This document shows positions 25,750-39,125 of a stretch of DNA of 64,000 nt, piece by piece. The notes beneath the pieces are model-generated. The model was not told the DNA's origin. It made no database searches and was given only the letters and a program-made list of their open reading frames with translations. How positions within the stretch are numbered: the first letter of the stretch is position 1; every line of letters begins with the position of its first letter. Origin of the DNA: Octopus sinensis. Lineage: Eukaryota. A program made the position numbers and the translations under genes. The stretch is taken from the NCBI RefSeq assembly GCF_006345805.1, contig NC_043001.1, positions 28,644,001 to 28,708,000 on the forward strand, in the 5' to 3' direction.

Positions 25750-26639
25750 TAAAGTCATTAGGAGATTAGTTTCTGATGAGTTAAGTCTGTAATCTGAAAT
25801 CTGTATTGATTTTTGATAAAGGCATTTCATTCCATGTGTGCCTTTAATGAAATTTTAGGGAAGTTGTCAACACTCCAATACTGCATTTCTCTATATTCCC
25901 ATAAAGATGAAAGCTTTAACAAACAGCAATTAAATGCTTCACGGTATCTTGTCACATCAACTGTTGAATATGGGGCTATTTTAGACTTGAGAAGAAACTG
26001 AAATCTCATGCAAATTGAACTTAATTGAAGCATGATTTAACACCACTTCACGACATGGTTATGCGGTTAAAAAGTTTGCTTCCCAACCACATGATTTTAG
26101 GTTCGGTCCCACTGTATGGCACCTTGGGCTAGTGTTCTCTACTATAGCTCCAGACTGAACAAAACCTTGTGAGTGGATTTGGTAGACAGAAACTGAAAGA
26201 AGCTCATCATGTGTGCACATGTGTGAGTGTACATACATGTGTGTGTGTGTGTATGTATATATACAGGTGCATGCGTGTGAATGTGCACGTATGTCCTAGT
26301 CTTCACATCACGTAATAGATGTAGATAAGTATTATTATACAAATACTGTTGTTTGTTACAATCAATCCTCAATGGAAAACATGACTGGCCATAAGGAAAT
26401 ATTACATATCACCTTACTTAGAAATAGGTAGCAACTAGCAGTGGAAAATCCATCTGATTCATGATTCATGCAATTATGATAAAGTGGATGTTAAAACGTC
26501 AACAATGACAATGGCCATGGTGGTGGTGGTGGTGGTCTAAACCATTGATGCTTAGTTATGATGACCTGGAAACTAAACAACACAGTCTTGGCTTACATTT
26601 AATTCAAAACAAATGATCACAGAAATAAATCAAAAGTTT

Positions 26640-27030
26640 ACAGGCTCAGGAGTGGCTGTACGGTAAGTAGCTTGCTTATCAACCACATGGTTCCGGGTTC
26701 AGTACTACAGCGTGACACCTTAGGCAAGTGTCTTCTACTATAACCTTGGGCCGACCAAAGCCTTGTGAGTGGATTTAGTAGACAGAAACTGAAAGAAGCC
26801 CATCGTATATATGTATATGTATATATGTGTGTGTTTGTCCCCCCAACATCGCTTGACAGCCGATGTTGGTGTGTTTATGTCCCCATAACTTAGCGGTTCG
26901 GCAAAAGTGACTGAAAGAATAAGTACTAGGCTTACAAAGAATAAGTCCTGGGGTCGATTTGCTCGACTAAAGGTGGTGCTCCAGCATGGCTGCAGTCAAA
27001 TGACTGAAACAAGTAAAAGAGTAAAAGGGT
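26640..27030 (+). mobile_element. SINE family A
   Basis: Full-length copy. Confidence 0.88.
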
Positions 27031-27181
27031 AACAAGCTTAACAATGTTTCGTTTTGGGATTTGGTTTGCAAGATTCTTTATGTGAGTTTGTGTGCTGAAG
27101 CATATTCTGTTGTGTCTGGGGAGAGTCATTTTCTTTTTGTGCCTTATAATGTAACACACTCACCGGTAAAATTTCCACTTA

Positions 27182-27414
27182 TAGACAGCAAACTAACAGA
27201 AACGTTAGCACGCCGGGCGAAAAGCTTAGCGGTATTTCGTCTGTCTTTACGTTCGGAGTTCAAATTCCGCCGAGGTCAACTTTGCCTTTCATCCTTTCGG
27301 AGTTGATTAAATAAATACCAGTTACGCACTGGGGTCGATGGAATCAACTTAATCCGTTTGTCTGTCCTTGTTCGTCCCCTCTGTGTTTAGCCCCTTGAGG
27401 GTAGTAAAGAAATA
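27182..27414 (+). mobile_element. SINE family B with 17-bp TSD
   Basis: ggtaaaatttc(c/t)actta at 27165 and 27415. Confidence 0.85.
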
Positions 27415-27954
27415 GGTAAAATTTCTACTTATTTTTATTTCCCTAAAATTTTTGTTGTGTCTTGCAACCTTTTCAATAGTCTTGAAGTATGGTTGACTTA
27501 TTTCATTTTAATGCTTCTCTTCTTAAAGAGAATATTAAACTGGACATTTTCACAGTAGAAGATCGTAAAAAGGAAACTACAAAATGAGCTTCATTATACA
27601 ACATGAACACACTCTAACACTAACACACACCACACAATGTTGGAGTGACAAGGACAATCTAATCATCCTCAGGGATGAATGATGATGTGTGCAGTGACTT
27701 AGTTTAAAGTGAAGAACAGTTGCACACCCTCAGCCTCACTCTCTCGTCCATGACCATCTTCAATCCAGTAGCAAGACCAGGTCAAGACGACTGGAGATGG
27801 TGATGGAGGAAGTGGATGACCAAGATGTCTTACTAGCCTCATCTGGCTCCCTGCACTTCACAATGTGTTGCTGTACCCCACCCACCCTTCCATTCACCCT
27901 TTTGCATTCAGATTATTCTGAATCGGAAGTGAAAACAAAATCACTCAAAAGTCA

Positions 27955-28275
27955 ATGGAAATTGTAGTTGTGATACCAGTGCCGGTAGCACGTAAAAGAA
28001 CAATCCAAATGTGGCCGTTGCCAGCGCCGCTCCCACTGGCTTCCATGCCAGTGGCACGTAAAAGGCACCAACCAATCGTGGCCGTTGCCAGCCTCGCCTG
28101 GCACCTGGCAAAAATCACCCACTACACTCACGGAGTGGTTGGTGTTAGGAAGGGCATCCAGCTATAGAAACACTGTCAGATCAGACTGGAGCCTAGTGCA
28201 GCCTCCTGGCTTCCCAGACCCCAGTCAAACCGTCCAACCAGTGCTAGCATGGAAAGCGGACGTTAAACGATGATT
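27955..28275 (+). mobile_element. RTE 3' UTR copy
   Basis: Same UTR units and terminus. Confidence 0.75.
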
Positions 28276-30067
28276 ATTCTAATAAATGTAATTCTCATTT
28301 GAGGCATTTTGTAACAGACCATTGTAAGTACCAGAACTTAAAAACTGAAAAAAATGCAGTCAAAGTTTCGCAACTTTCAGAATGCAATATCTTAGCAAGG
28401 AATGAAGTTATGAAGCTGGTTTTGGTCTTAAAATGACAGTGCAAACCTTCTCTAATCATTCCACCCATGTAAAATTATTTGTTTATGTATGCATCTGAAA
28501 GATGAACCAATGACTACATCTTTCTCATTATGTAGAATATACCAATACTATGTAATGGTGTATCACATTGCATATTTTAGCCATAATTCCAAGAAAAAAC
28601 ATACAGAGACCTCACCCCAAAGGTATTGTTTGTGTTTTGATATACCAAGGTAAGTATCTCTAAGAGATAAGTAAGACAAGATGGGAAGATAATAGACCGT
28701 TATTGTTACGATGGTAACGAAGAATATTAGAAAATGAGCCATAACACCTCAGAAAATGATACAGGGACCATACCATGTCTGCTTATGATGATGTGTTACT
28801 AAACTCTCTGGTCCGAATTTGAGTGAGTGAGCGTCGTGTCAATAGCGTCAAGGTGCGATATTTTACAGCCAGATTTTTAACCTTGTAGCAAGCCTCATTG
28901 GTCCTCCTTCAAGACAAGGAAAATGATATACTAACCTTGGAAATGGCTTACGATACTGTTACAAAACACCTCACTGATTCACACTGTTTTGAATTTACCA
29001 TGCATTATCTCATAGGTTTAAGATTTCAATGACATGATCTGTATTTTTAGAATAACATAATAGGATAGGTACAAGAAACTGGATTGAATATAAAACAGAG
29101 TATTTGAGTCGGATATAGCCAGTTTAAACATTAAAGAGCCAAACCATGAATTTTTTACCATAGAGTCTGCCAGATCCAGTCTGCAGGATCAAATTTCACT
29201 CACTCACACTCACACAACTATACATACCACACATAGAAATACACACAATAAAATTACTGCTTTCTTTCACTTTCAAATTGCATATTATATGTATGAAATT
29301 CAAATGATCCATTAATGAACTCTGAACTAACTTGCATTTACTCAATCAGACACACAGTATACTTCTTATAAGGATAAGTAAATATAAGTTCTTAACGATT
29401 TTAAAATAACCACTTCGTGTCACACTGCAGAGGAGTAAACTGGTTAAGGGTGACTGAAAAAGAGCTCAGAACTCAGGTTGCTGACAACAGGATAATTTAA
29501 GAAACCTGTGATTTATTCTTGAAGAAGATAAGAAAAATAAGTGTTGTTGATTTTGTAAAGAGAGAAAGCAACAGTTTGAAAACTGGATGTTGGGTTGCTT
29601 AGAGGAAATAACTGGCAAATGAAGTTTGTAGATATTGGGTGAAACATAAACTATCACCATTATCATAGAAATAAAAAAAATTAAAAAAACATCATCATCA
29701 ACATCAAAAAAAAACAACAAAAAAAGGATTTTTGAGAACAATAAGTCTTTCATGGGCATGAAAGAAAGATAGGAAAGGGAAGAGACAGAACGAAAGAAAA
29801 ATCAAGGAAGAGAAAGGAAAAAAGAAAGAAAAGAAAGGAGGGAAGAAAAGAAGGAAAAGAAAGCAGAACAGAATATTTACTGTTTCATTTATTCAAGTTA
29901 TTTGTGAACATCTAAGGAGGCAGACAATTTTGATGTCACTGTTAAAAAAATAAAAACTCATGGAGTGGAGCTAATATATTAGATCATTCTCCGGGGAAAA
30001 TGTAAGATAAATTTAGTGGGTAAATATTTATGAATTAGCATTCTGTTTCTTTTATAACATATATATA

Positions 30068-30107
<40 letters not shown>

Positions 30108-30109
30108 AA

Positions 30110-30190
30110 TTCCAAGAGAGTTAGAGGTTGTGAATTCAACCAACTATAAGGGATAGTTGGTTGAATTCACAACCTCTAACTCTCTTGGAA
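30110..30190. repeat. Perfect 38-bp inverted repeat, 5-nt loop
   Basis: ttccaagagagttagaggttgtgaattcaaccaactat-aaggg-reverse complement. Confidence 0.95.
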
Positions 30191-30229
<39 letters not shown>

Positions 30230-30347
30230 ATATCATCATCGTTTAGCGTCCGTTTTCCATGCTATATATATTATAAAAGACCACGTGTGTACTGTTGGCG
30301 ATTTTTTTTCCTCCGTCTTCCCTTCTCTGGATCTTTCCTTCTCCTAT

Positions 30348-30382
30348 GTTTCCGACGAAGAGCTCCACTCGAAACGTTAAAC
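30348..30382 (+). ncRNA. Minimal hammerhead-like variant in a Penelope-type terminal repeat remnant (~30270-30480)
   Basis: GTTT-CCGACGA-A-GAG ctcca CTC-GAAA-CG-TT-AAAC. Core deviates (U4C, U17). Confidence 0.45.
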
Positions 30383-30623
30383 CCTCCTTCTTTCCTGAGC
30401 GTCCAACAATACTATATTTCTTCCATGTCCTCGTGTTGTTGTGTTTTTTGTGCTTTCTTGTTTGGATTAACTTTATAAGGGATAATATCTATCCCAATAT
30501 ACTGCTGGTAGAATACCCAATTATTAATACACAAGTGTTTTTTTTTATTGCATGGTAATTACATTACCGGAGTGTAATAAATGGGTGAGGGTAAAAAGTT
30601 GTTTTACCCTTAATTTATACACC

Positions 30624-30925
30624 AATAAGAAAATGGAGGGGATCAAGGTGGTATTCATCAACTTTTAGACATTATATTATGTCTATTTATTTTTTTAGAA
30701 ACCATAACAATATACATGCATGTATAACATATTATGCTTTACTTATATAAGATGTATAAAAAATTAGGGTATTTTTATATTTTTTTTATATATTATATAT
30801 GTAAAGCATAATATGTTATATATGCATGTATATTGTTATAATGGTTTTTAAAAAAATATATAGACATAATATAATGTCTAAAAGTTGATGAATACCACCT
30901 CTTGATCCCCTTCCATTTTCTTATT
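30624..30925. repeat. ~300-bp AT-rich palindrome
   Basis: Arms of ~130 bp (aataagaaaatgga...ttcatcaacttttagacattatattatgtcta...). Confidence 0.88.
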
Positions 30926-31087
30926 ACTATTATATATATATATACATACAAACATACATACATACATATATATATATATATACAAAAATCATCAAAATCA
31001 TCATTATATGTGTGTGTGTGTGTGTATACATATGGGTGTGGGTGTGTATGTATATATATGTGTGTGTGTGTGTGTGTGTGCTTGTGT

Positions 31088-31400
31088 ATAGTGGAGGCGC
31101 AATGGCCCAATGGTTAGGGCAGAGGACTTGCGGTTATAGGATCACGGTTTCAATTCCCACACTTGGTATTGTGAGTGTTTATTGAGCGAAAACACCTAAA
31201 TCTCTATGAGGTTCCGGCAGGGGTTGGTGGTGAACCGTGCTGTACTCTTTCACCACAACTTTCTCTCACTCTTTCTTCCTGCTTTCTGTTGTACCTGTAT
31301 TTCAAAGGGTCAGCCTTGTCACACTCTGTGTCACACTAAATCTCCCCAAGAACTACATCTGTGGAGTGTTCAGCCACTTGCACGTTTTGGATCAACTTGA
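31088..31400 (+). mobile_element. SINE family C
   Basis: gtggaggcgcaatggcccaatggttagggc head. Confidence 0.8.
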
Positions 31401-31441
31401 ACGCTCATCATCATAACCGACAGAGTGCCATCGAAAAAAAG

Positions 31442-31494
<53 letters not shown>

Positions 31495-31576
31495 TACACA
31501 CACACCTATATATATATATACACACATACACACACACCTATATATATATATATACACACATACACCTATATATATA

Positions 31577-31619
<43 letters not shown>

Positions 31620-31620
<1 letters not shown>

Positions 31621-31875
31621 GTGCCGGTGGCACATAAATGCCTGACTGGCTCCCATGCCGGTGGCATGTAAAAAGCACCATTCAAGTGTGGTTGATGCCA
31701 GTGCCGCCTGATTGTCCCCCATGCCAATGGCACATCAAAAGCACCTACTACACTCATGGAGTGATTGGTGTTAGGAAGGGCATCCAGCTGTAGAAACCTT
31801 GCCAGATCAGATTGGAGCCTGGTGCAGCCTCATGGCTTGTCAATCCTCAGTCAAACCGTCCAATCCATGCCAGCA
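31620..31875 (+). mobile_element. RTE 3' UTR copy
   Basis: Same UTR units and terminus. Confidence 0.72.
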
Positions 31876-32542
31876 TGAAAAGTGGACGTCAGCCATGAGA
31901 ACTAGGTTATTGGCATGCAGGGGTTCCCTCAGATACCTGGTGTGAAACTCCTGAGTTGTGGGTCTGAGAAACTATAATAAACAGGAAGGGACTGAGAACC
32001 ATCCCTTGGTGGACACCTTGACTACAGACAAAGTTCCTCACTCAAATCATTTTGGTATTATCTAATACAGTTTGGCATCAAGTGATACTAAACGGAAATG
32101 AACAAAAATAATTCTTTCTCATTTATTTCTCCCAAACACAACAAACACACACATTTTGGGCTAAACAAAGAAAAACCTGTTCTCAAAGAATGTGAAAGCA
32201 AAAACTGCTCAAATGTGTGTGTATGAGAGAGGGACAGAGAAAGAGAGAGAGACATAGAAAGAGACAGAGAAAGAGAGACAGACAGAGAAAGAGAGATAGA
32301 CGGACAGACAGAGGGGGAGAGGGAGAGAGAGAGATGGCTGTATTACATATGTGTTTACCCATATACCAAAATGAAGACAGTATCACTGACTGGCTAACAG
32401 AAGCAAACAGATGCTGGACGCTGCTTCTAAAAGATGTAGTAAGCAAGTCAAAAACAACAGAGATAAAAACTTTCAGTGATATCCTGCTTGGGCATATACA
32501 ACCAGAACACACACTTTAAACATACATACATATCTTTTATAA

Positions 32543-32609
<67 letters not shown>

Positions 32610-33314
32610 TAACGTTTTATAAATCATTTTCCCATAGGAGGTCGGAGTATCCTAGCTGCCTATCAAGTGAATTAATTTGCTAAGCTGAAATTCCATGCTT
32701 TACAAAATAAAAGTGATTTTGTGTAAACACAGAATTTCAATGAAATAGATAGTTTAAAGAGAAAAAACAAAAAGGAGAAATAGCCAAACTGAAGAGACAG
32801 AAATGTTCTGCTGAAAAAATATTCAAAATAGTTTTAAATGATTCAATTTCTTAGGGATATTTTGGTAAATAGGTGTGGGTGATATTACTAATGCTGTCAC
32901 ATCATTGAAGAATGGGTCAGTAGAATCACACAGAGCCAGCATTCCTGAAAGTAATTATCTATTAGCTGCCTTCCAATCCTTTCTTTAAAAAATTTAGTCA
33001 GGACCTGGAGAGTAAAAACAACAAGGCTTTTTTGTTTGGTTTGGTTTTTTATACAAGGAATGGACAGCTTTGGGTTTTTTTCTTTTTTTTTCATGTTAGC
33101 ATGGCTGTGGTATCTTTATTGTTCTTACTCACTTTATTTTATATTCATTTACCATTACTTTACATAGATGCAGGCATGGTTGTGCACCCAACCACATGGT
33201 TTTAGGTTCAATCCTACTCCGTGGTAACGTGGGCAAGTGTCTTCTACTGCAGCCTGAGACCAACAAAAGGTTTGTCAGTGGATTTGGCAGATGGGAACTG
33301 AAAGAAGACTGGCA

Positions 33315-33475
33315 CCTGTGACGTCGCAACTCATTTCTACAGCTGAGTGAACTGGAGCAATGTGAAATAAAGTGTCTTGCTCAAGGACACAACATGCAGC
33401 CTGGTCCGGGATTCGAACTCACAACCTCACTATCGTAAGCTTGACGCTCTAACCACTGAGCCATGCGCCTTCACT
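33315..33475 (-). mobile_element. tRNA-derived SINE family D (related copies ~180-392 and ~52282-52458)
   Basis: Minus head gtgaaggcgcatggctcagtggttagagc...gagttcgaatccc, then gtgtccttgagcaagacac. Confidence 0.78.
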
Positions 33476-34284
33476 TGAAAACATTTAGAAACAGTTTCAA
33501 AAAATTCAAAAAATAAATATGATTTCAAAATTTTAAATATTATGGAATACTTGTAATTGCATGCAAGAGTTCCAGTATAGATAGTTATAAATAATTATCG
33601 ACCAATTTTATCATTGTGATATTTTTGCATTATATCAAGTATTAAGAATATCATAACTAGGGTCCACAAATTGGAGGAGAGGGTTATCAATGATAACGTT
33701 CTATGAATCCACGATTATTTCCCTGTAACCCTATCTCTGGACCTTTGGTGAGGTGCAAGGAAATTTTCATTCCAAAAATGCAGCCCAGAGAAAAAAGTTA
33801 GGGAACCACTGACATATACAGTGATTTAAGTGTGCTGAGCTTAGTTATCAGGTTAGTAGAGATCAGTTATGTACGTACCTATCAGTGTAACATATGGTGA
33901 TGTGTACAAAAAAAGCAGACTGTTGTATATAGTCACATTGGTGGCTTGTTTAGCCCTAAGACAGCTTTGACCAAGAAGCTCCATGACCAAAAACATTCCA
34001 ACTATGACTATCTCATTTTATTTTCAGAATTAGTACAACTTTGATATCATCCGATGTTTTCTTACCTTCTTTTTAAAAATGGTACGGTGTGATTTAAAAG
34101 AGGTAAGGCTACCATTTCTAAGCACCTATGTCAAGGTTCCTTCACTGACTTGAAATACCTACAGTGAGTTTAAAAATGAACAGCCAATAGTCTAATATCC
34201 AAGCTGTCCATTTAGCCATTTTGCTTGAACAAAACACAAGAAATCTTAAAAGGAATTAACAAAAGTTAATACCTAAGATTTTAT

Positions 34285-34526
34285 ACTCTTACTCTTTTAC
34301 TTGTTTCAGTCACTTGACTGCGGCCATGCTGGAGCACTGCCTTTAGTCAAGCAAATCGACCCCAGGACTTATTCTTTGTAAGCCTAGTACTTATTCTATC
34401 GGTCTCTTTTGCCAAACTGCTAAGTTACAGGGACATAAACACGCCACCATCAATTGTCAAACAATGTTGGGGGGGGGGGGACAAACAAAGACACACAAAC
34501 ATATACACACACACATATACATATAC

Positions 34527-34565
<39 letters not shown>

Positions 34566-34735
34566 TATATACGATGAGCTTCTTTCAGTTTCTATCTACC
34601 AAATCCACTCACAAAGCTTTGGTTGGCCAAAGGCTATAGTAGAAGACATTTGCCCAAGGTGCCACACAGTGGGACTGAACCCGGAACCATGTGGTTGGTA
34701 AGCAAGCTACTTACCACACAGCCACTCCTATGCCT
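34285..34735 (-). mobile_element. SINE family A
   Basis: Full-length reverse copy. Confidence 0.88.
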
Positions 34736-36379
34736 ATGTTTCATATGTAACACAAAACAAATCCAAAGGCCAAATTTTCAGCAACATAACACTGTTAATA
34801 ATATGCTTAGAGCTGGAAGCAATCATTTAGTTATAAATTTATTAAAAAAATTTGTTAAAAAACAGCTTTTTACTGTCAATTACAAAATCAGCATTTATTT
34901 CAATATTTTTAGAATTTAGAATTTTTTTTTTTTAATGCATTAAAATTAAAACAGCAGACATTTTAAATATGTTAGCAACTTTCTTTTATGTATCTGTTTT
35001 CTAGCGCTGCCAGACGATTGATAAGACAGAAAAGTTTAGATATCTACATGTGTTCCTAAAGCAGATGTTTTGCAATTTCATTCACACTCCACATCTTCCC
35101 TCTACCAAGCATTCTATCATCCTCAAGAAAGGAAATGGCACTAATATATCAGCTAGAGAAACTGAGGAATGTGATGTAATATGGTGTTGCTTGAGGATAC
35201 AATTCACAAATCTGTATTTGAAGAGATAGAGCCATCATATCTCTTGAAATGCCTAACAGGATACGATATTTTATTAATCTTAAGATGTTTAAATCTATAT
35301 CCTATGCAGCCGCCACTGGTCTTCTTGGAGAGACATCTACTAGTTGTAAGAGCTTCACATTACCTTAAAGCTGAAAGTATTCTGGGAATGTTATCTGTGC
35401 AAGACTGATATTGAAGTCCAGGAGGAAATTCACCTCTCCCCCTCTGATTGCTTCTACTGAAACTGAAGGCATCTCTGCAAGACTGCTCGATCTTCTGTAG
35501 CTGTCAAATCTCGAACAAATCCTGTCTAATCATCTTAGAAATGAATGAATATACTAGATAATTTGGTCCTGAGTTTTTTTGGTTCTATTGTCTTTTAATA
35601 TTTTTTTTTTTTAATTTAAAGACAAGACAGACAGACAGATACGCCTTGTAAACCAATGGTTCGATGAAAATTTATCTAAAAGAAACAACTTCTTCATCAA
35701 TATAACAAAAACAATAACTCCGCTCAAAAACTATTGTCAGTTTATTTTCCTGCTTGAACCCTGTAAGCAACATGAAAGGTAAGCCATGAATTTATTATTA
35801 AATCATTATTTATTTATTATTTATTTATTATTTATTTAAACTTGCATCTATTGTGAAATCTAGGCCATCAGTCAACTACCTTAAGCATTCAGTTATTTTG
35901 CAGGGTAAACGAATGGTTTAAGAATGTAACCACAAACCGCTTCCACGCTAATCTCTGTAGATATCATACCTCTAATACATTAATCATATGACTGTCAGAC
36001 ACTTAATCTTCAACACAACTGTGTTAGCTTAAAAAAAATATAGCGTGCATATGTGTATATGAGTGTGCAAGTGTATGTTTATGTATAGGTGTATTTATGT
36101 GTGTGCACGAGCATACATGAGAGTATGTAACTTCATTCATTCATTCACTCAATTTCTGTTTTTGTTGTTTGTTTTGTTTTTGTTTTTCCTCGTGGTATCA
36201 TGCATTTAGACGGGAAGATATTTGAGGAGGGATCTTACAGTCAGATGCTCTTCCCGTTGCTAACATTTATATGTTTCCAACTAGGAGTTTTTTTTTTTTT
36301 AATTCTGTGTTTTTAAATGCATGGGGCAACCACTTATGTCAGCAAAGTATGTTGGCATCGTCACTGTTCCACTCAAATA

Positions 36380-36655
36380 GTAACAAGCAAAAGTGCATGC
36401 ACACCCACACACACACACACACGCAAAACACACGCTCAAACATGGGCATGCATGCACGCACATACACCTGCCCCCCCACACACAAAATACACACAAGCAC
36501 GCTCACACATGGGCATGCATGCACACACACACAAAACACACACAAGTACACTCACATATAGGCATGCATGCACACACACACACACACATACATACATACA
36601 CACAAATACACAAAACATGCCCACACATGGGCATGCATGCACACACACACCCACA
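36380..36655. repeat. CA-rich minisatellite with catgggcatgcatgcac units
   Basis: Unit recurs about four times. Confidence 0.85.
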
Positions 36656-36854
36656 GGCCTAAATAAAAATAAAAAAATTTTTATATTAAAAAATTACTCA
36701 ATACTTTCTGTAGAGTACATATCTCTTATACATTTACAAGTGGAGTGACAGTGACTTCGAAGTTTTTGTTCTTTGTTGGAAAGTCCAACGAAGGCTAGCA
36801 GGCTGAAACTTCAAAGACTATCACCCATCTTCTTGTAAAAGTATAATAGATCTT

Positions 36855-37180
36855 TTATCTTTTACCTGTTTTGTTTTCATTCAACTGCAGCCAGGTTTAA
36901 TTAAACAAACTGGCCCCAGTACTTCTTAAAAAAATTAAATCTGATACTTATTCTATCAGTCTCTTTTAGACAAACTGCTGAGTTAGGGAAAGTAAACAAA
37001 CCAACTGCGGTTGTCAAGCAGTGGTGGGACACACACACACAACCAAATCCACTCACAAGAATTTGGCTAGTCCAGAGCTATTGCAGAAGACATCTGTCCA
37101 AAGTGCAACACAGTGGGACTGAACCCTGAACCATGTGGTTAGGAATCAAAATTCTTACCACGCAGCCACACCTGCACCTA
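36855..37180 (-). mobile_element. SINE family A (diverged)
   Basis: Reverse copy. Confidence 0.65.
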
Positions 37181-38664
37181 TGTGTATGTATGTGTCTGTA
37201 TGTGAGTGTGTTACATGCTTCCAATAGTTGAAGGCTACCAAATTCAATCACAAGGAATCAGTTGGTTTATACTGATTTTAGCAGAAGCTACTTGCCTAAG
37301 GTTTGATGCAGTGGGACTAAACTCAAGACTATATAACTGTGAAGCAAACTTCACTACAAGGCAATGCTTACTCCTGATGATGACTATATATGTTTGTATG
37401 TGTGCATGTCTATGATGATAGAGCTATTAGCTAAAAAAAAAAAAGATGGTGGGGACAACAGGGAACAATGCCACACTGTTATAGCACTGAAGCTCATCCC
37501 TTTTTATTTCAAACTCCAATCTTAATACAATCCACGTTGTAAGTAACTAATAACACACAACGAAATTTTCAACCAAACATTCAACAAATCATTGTTATAG
37601 TAAAAAGTTTATAAGTTCTGTATAGGGCAGCAGCCGGGAGTACTTGCTAAGCTTAGTCCCAATCCCACATAGAAAGAAAGATTTCATTTACATCTTTAAT
37701 TCATTGAGGAGAGGTATGCATTAAAATCTAAGTTCAAATGTCATGAAGATTGATTTTTCACTTTGAATTCTTCTAGGATCAATGAAATAGATATGCAACA
37801 TGTACTAAAATCAATTTCGTTGCAAGTACCATTCCAACTAAAATTTGTCATCTGGTGGGTCATATTGGGAAATAGAGTCCTTATTACAATTATCATTAAA
37901 AAGAATATTCAAGAAAAAACTCATCATTTTTATTATTATTATTAGCCCCTTACCAGGCAAAGATGAGTAAACTCGTCCAAAACATATACTTTCAAAAACA
38001 CCCACAGACGAGTTTATACATCAATTTTCAACATTTCCTGTTTTTCTTCTTTTTTTTTTTACAATTATGCCCAGATGTTGAAGCTCAGAAAAATTAATAT
38101 ATAAAAAAAAAAGATTTTTGAGAAGACATGCTAAAAACATGAGTAAAATAAATGTGTAATTCCCCTTTACTTTTGATAAAGTTGGGAAAAGAAGCAATAA
38201 ATAAAAAGATATTTTAAATACATGGGAAGAGGAGTTATATCACTTTTGCCAAAAACGGTATCTTCAAAATAAAATTTCAAGTGAAATATTGGAAATAGAT
38301 AAAAACAAATATTATTTCCATAATCAGCATTAAAAATCTTATTAAAAAAGGCAATGAAAAAATTCGTCTGTAAAAAACATTTTCTCCAAAAAAAAATTCG
38401 CTGGGGAAGGAGTTAAGGTGACAGTTAAGGTGACAGTTAAGGAGTTAAGCTAGCAGAATTGTTAGCACACTGGGCAATAAACTTAGCAGCATTTCGTCTG
38501 TCTTTATATTCTGAGTTCAAATTCCACTGATGTTGACTCTGCCTTTCATCATTTCAGAGTCAATAAATGAAGTACCAGTCAATGTAATCAAGTAATTCCA
38601 TCTCCTGCAAAATTTCAGACCTTATGCCTATAGTAGAAAAGGATATTTCTTTAACACAGAGCAC

Positions 38665-39125
38665 TGTGTTAAAATAATGATTCTTTTTATGCAAGAATTT
38701 ATTCAAAAACAACAACTGTGCTTCAAAATAAAGACCATTTTCCACGTCCTTCTGCCAATGATCTGCAAGCTTTCAGATTTGATCAAAGTACCAATCCTTT
38801 GGCATTGAATTGAAAAGTTCTTGACAAGCTTCTTCAACTTAATCGAATAACTCAAATCAGCAACCTTTCATAAAGTGTTGCATTGATTGGAAGAGATCAT
38901 AGTCAAATGGAGCGACATCTGGACCATAGGTTGGATGCGGCAGAACTTCCACACCATCCAATTCTTCAATCTTGTTGCTGGTTTTCTGGCAGTATGTGGC
39001 TTTACATTGTCTTCTTGAAACAAAGCGCATTTTCGACAGACAAGTCTTGGGTACTTTCCAACCAGTGCATCGTATACTTGATCAAGTTGCTTGCAATAAA
39101 GTTCAACGACCATTCGGCACATGTT
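38665..39125 (-). mobile_element. Mariner transposase remnant (frameshifted)
   Basis: ALFQEDNVKPHTARK, then after a frameshift EVLPHPAYGPDVAPFDYDLF...ENGLYFE (mariner HPxYSPDLAPxDY-type motif). Confidence 0.8.

Noticed and set aside
32345-32520. Protein-like tail of the 32217 ORF and a possible minus-strand mini-exon
   Set aside because: The ORF starts in a GA microsatellite; splice signals are weak and no homology was recognised.
35100-35520. Non-repetitive, coding-like stretch
   Set aside because: Stops in the frames examined, no phase-1 compatible exon and no recognisable motif. It may be an old TE; left unassigned.
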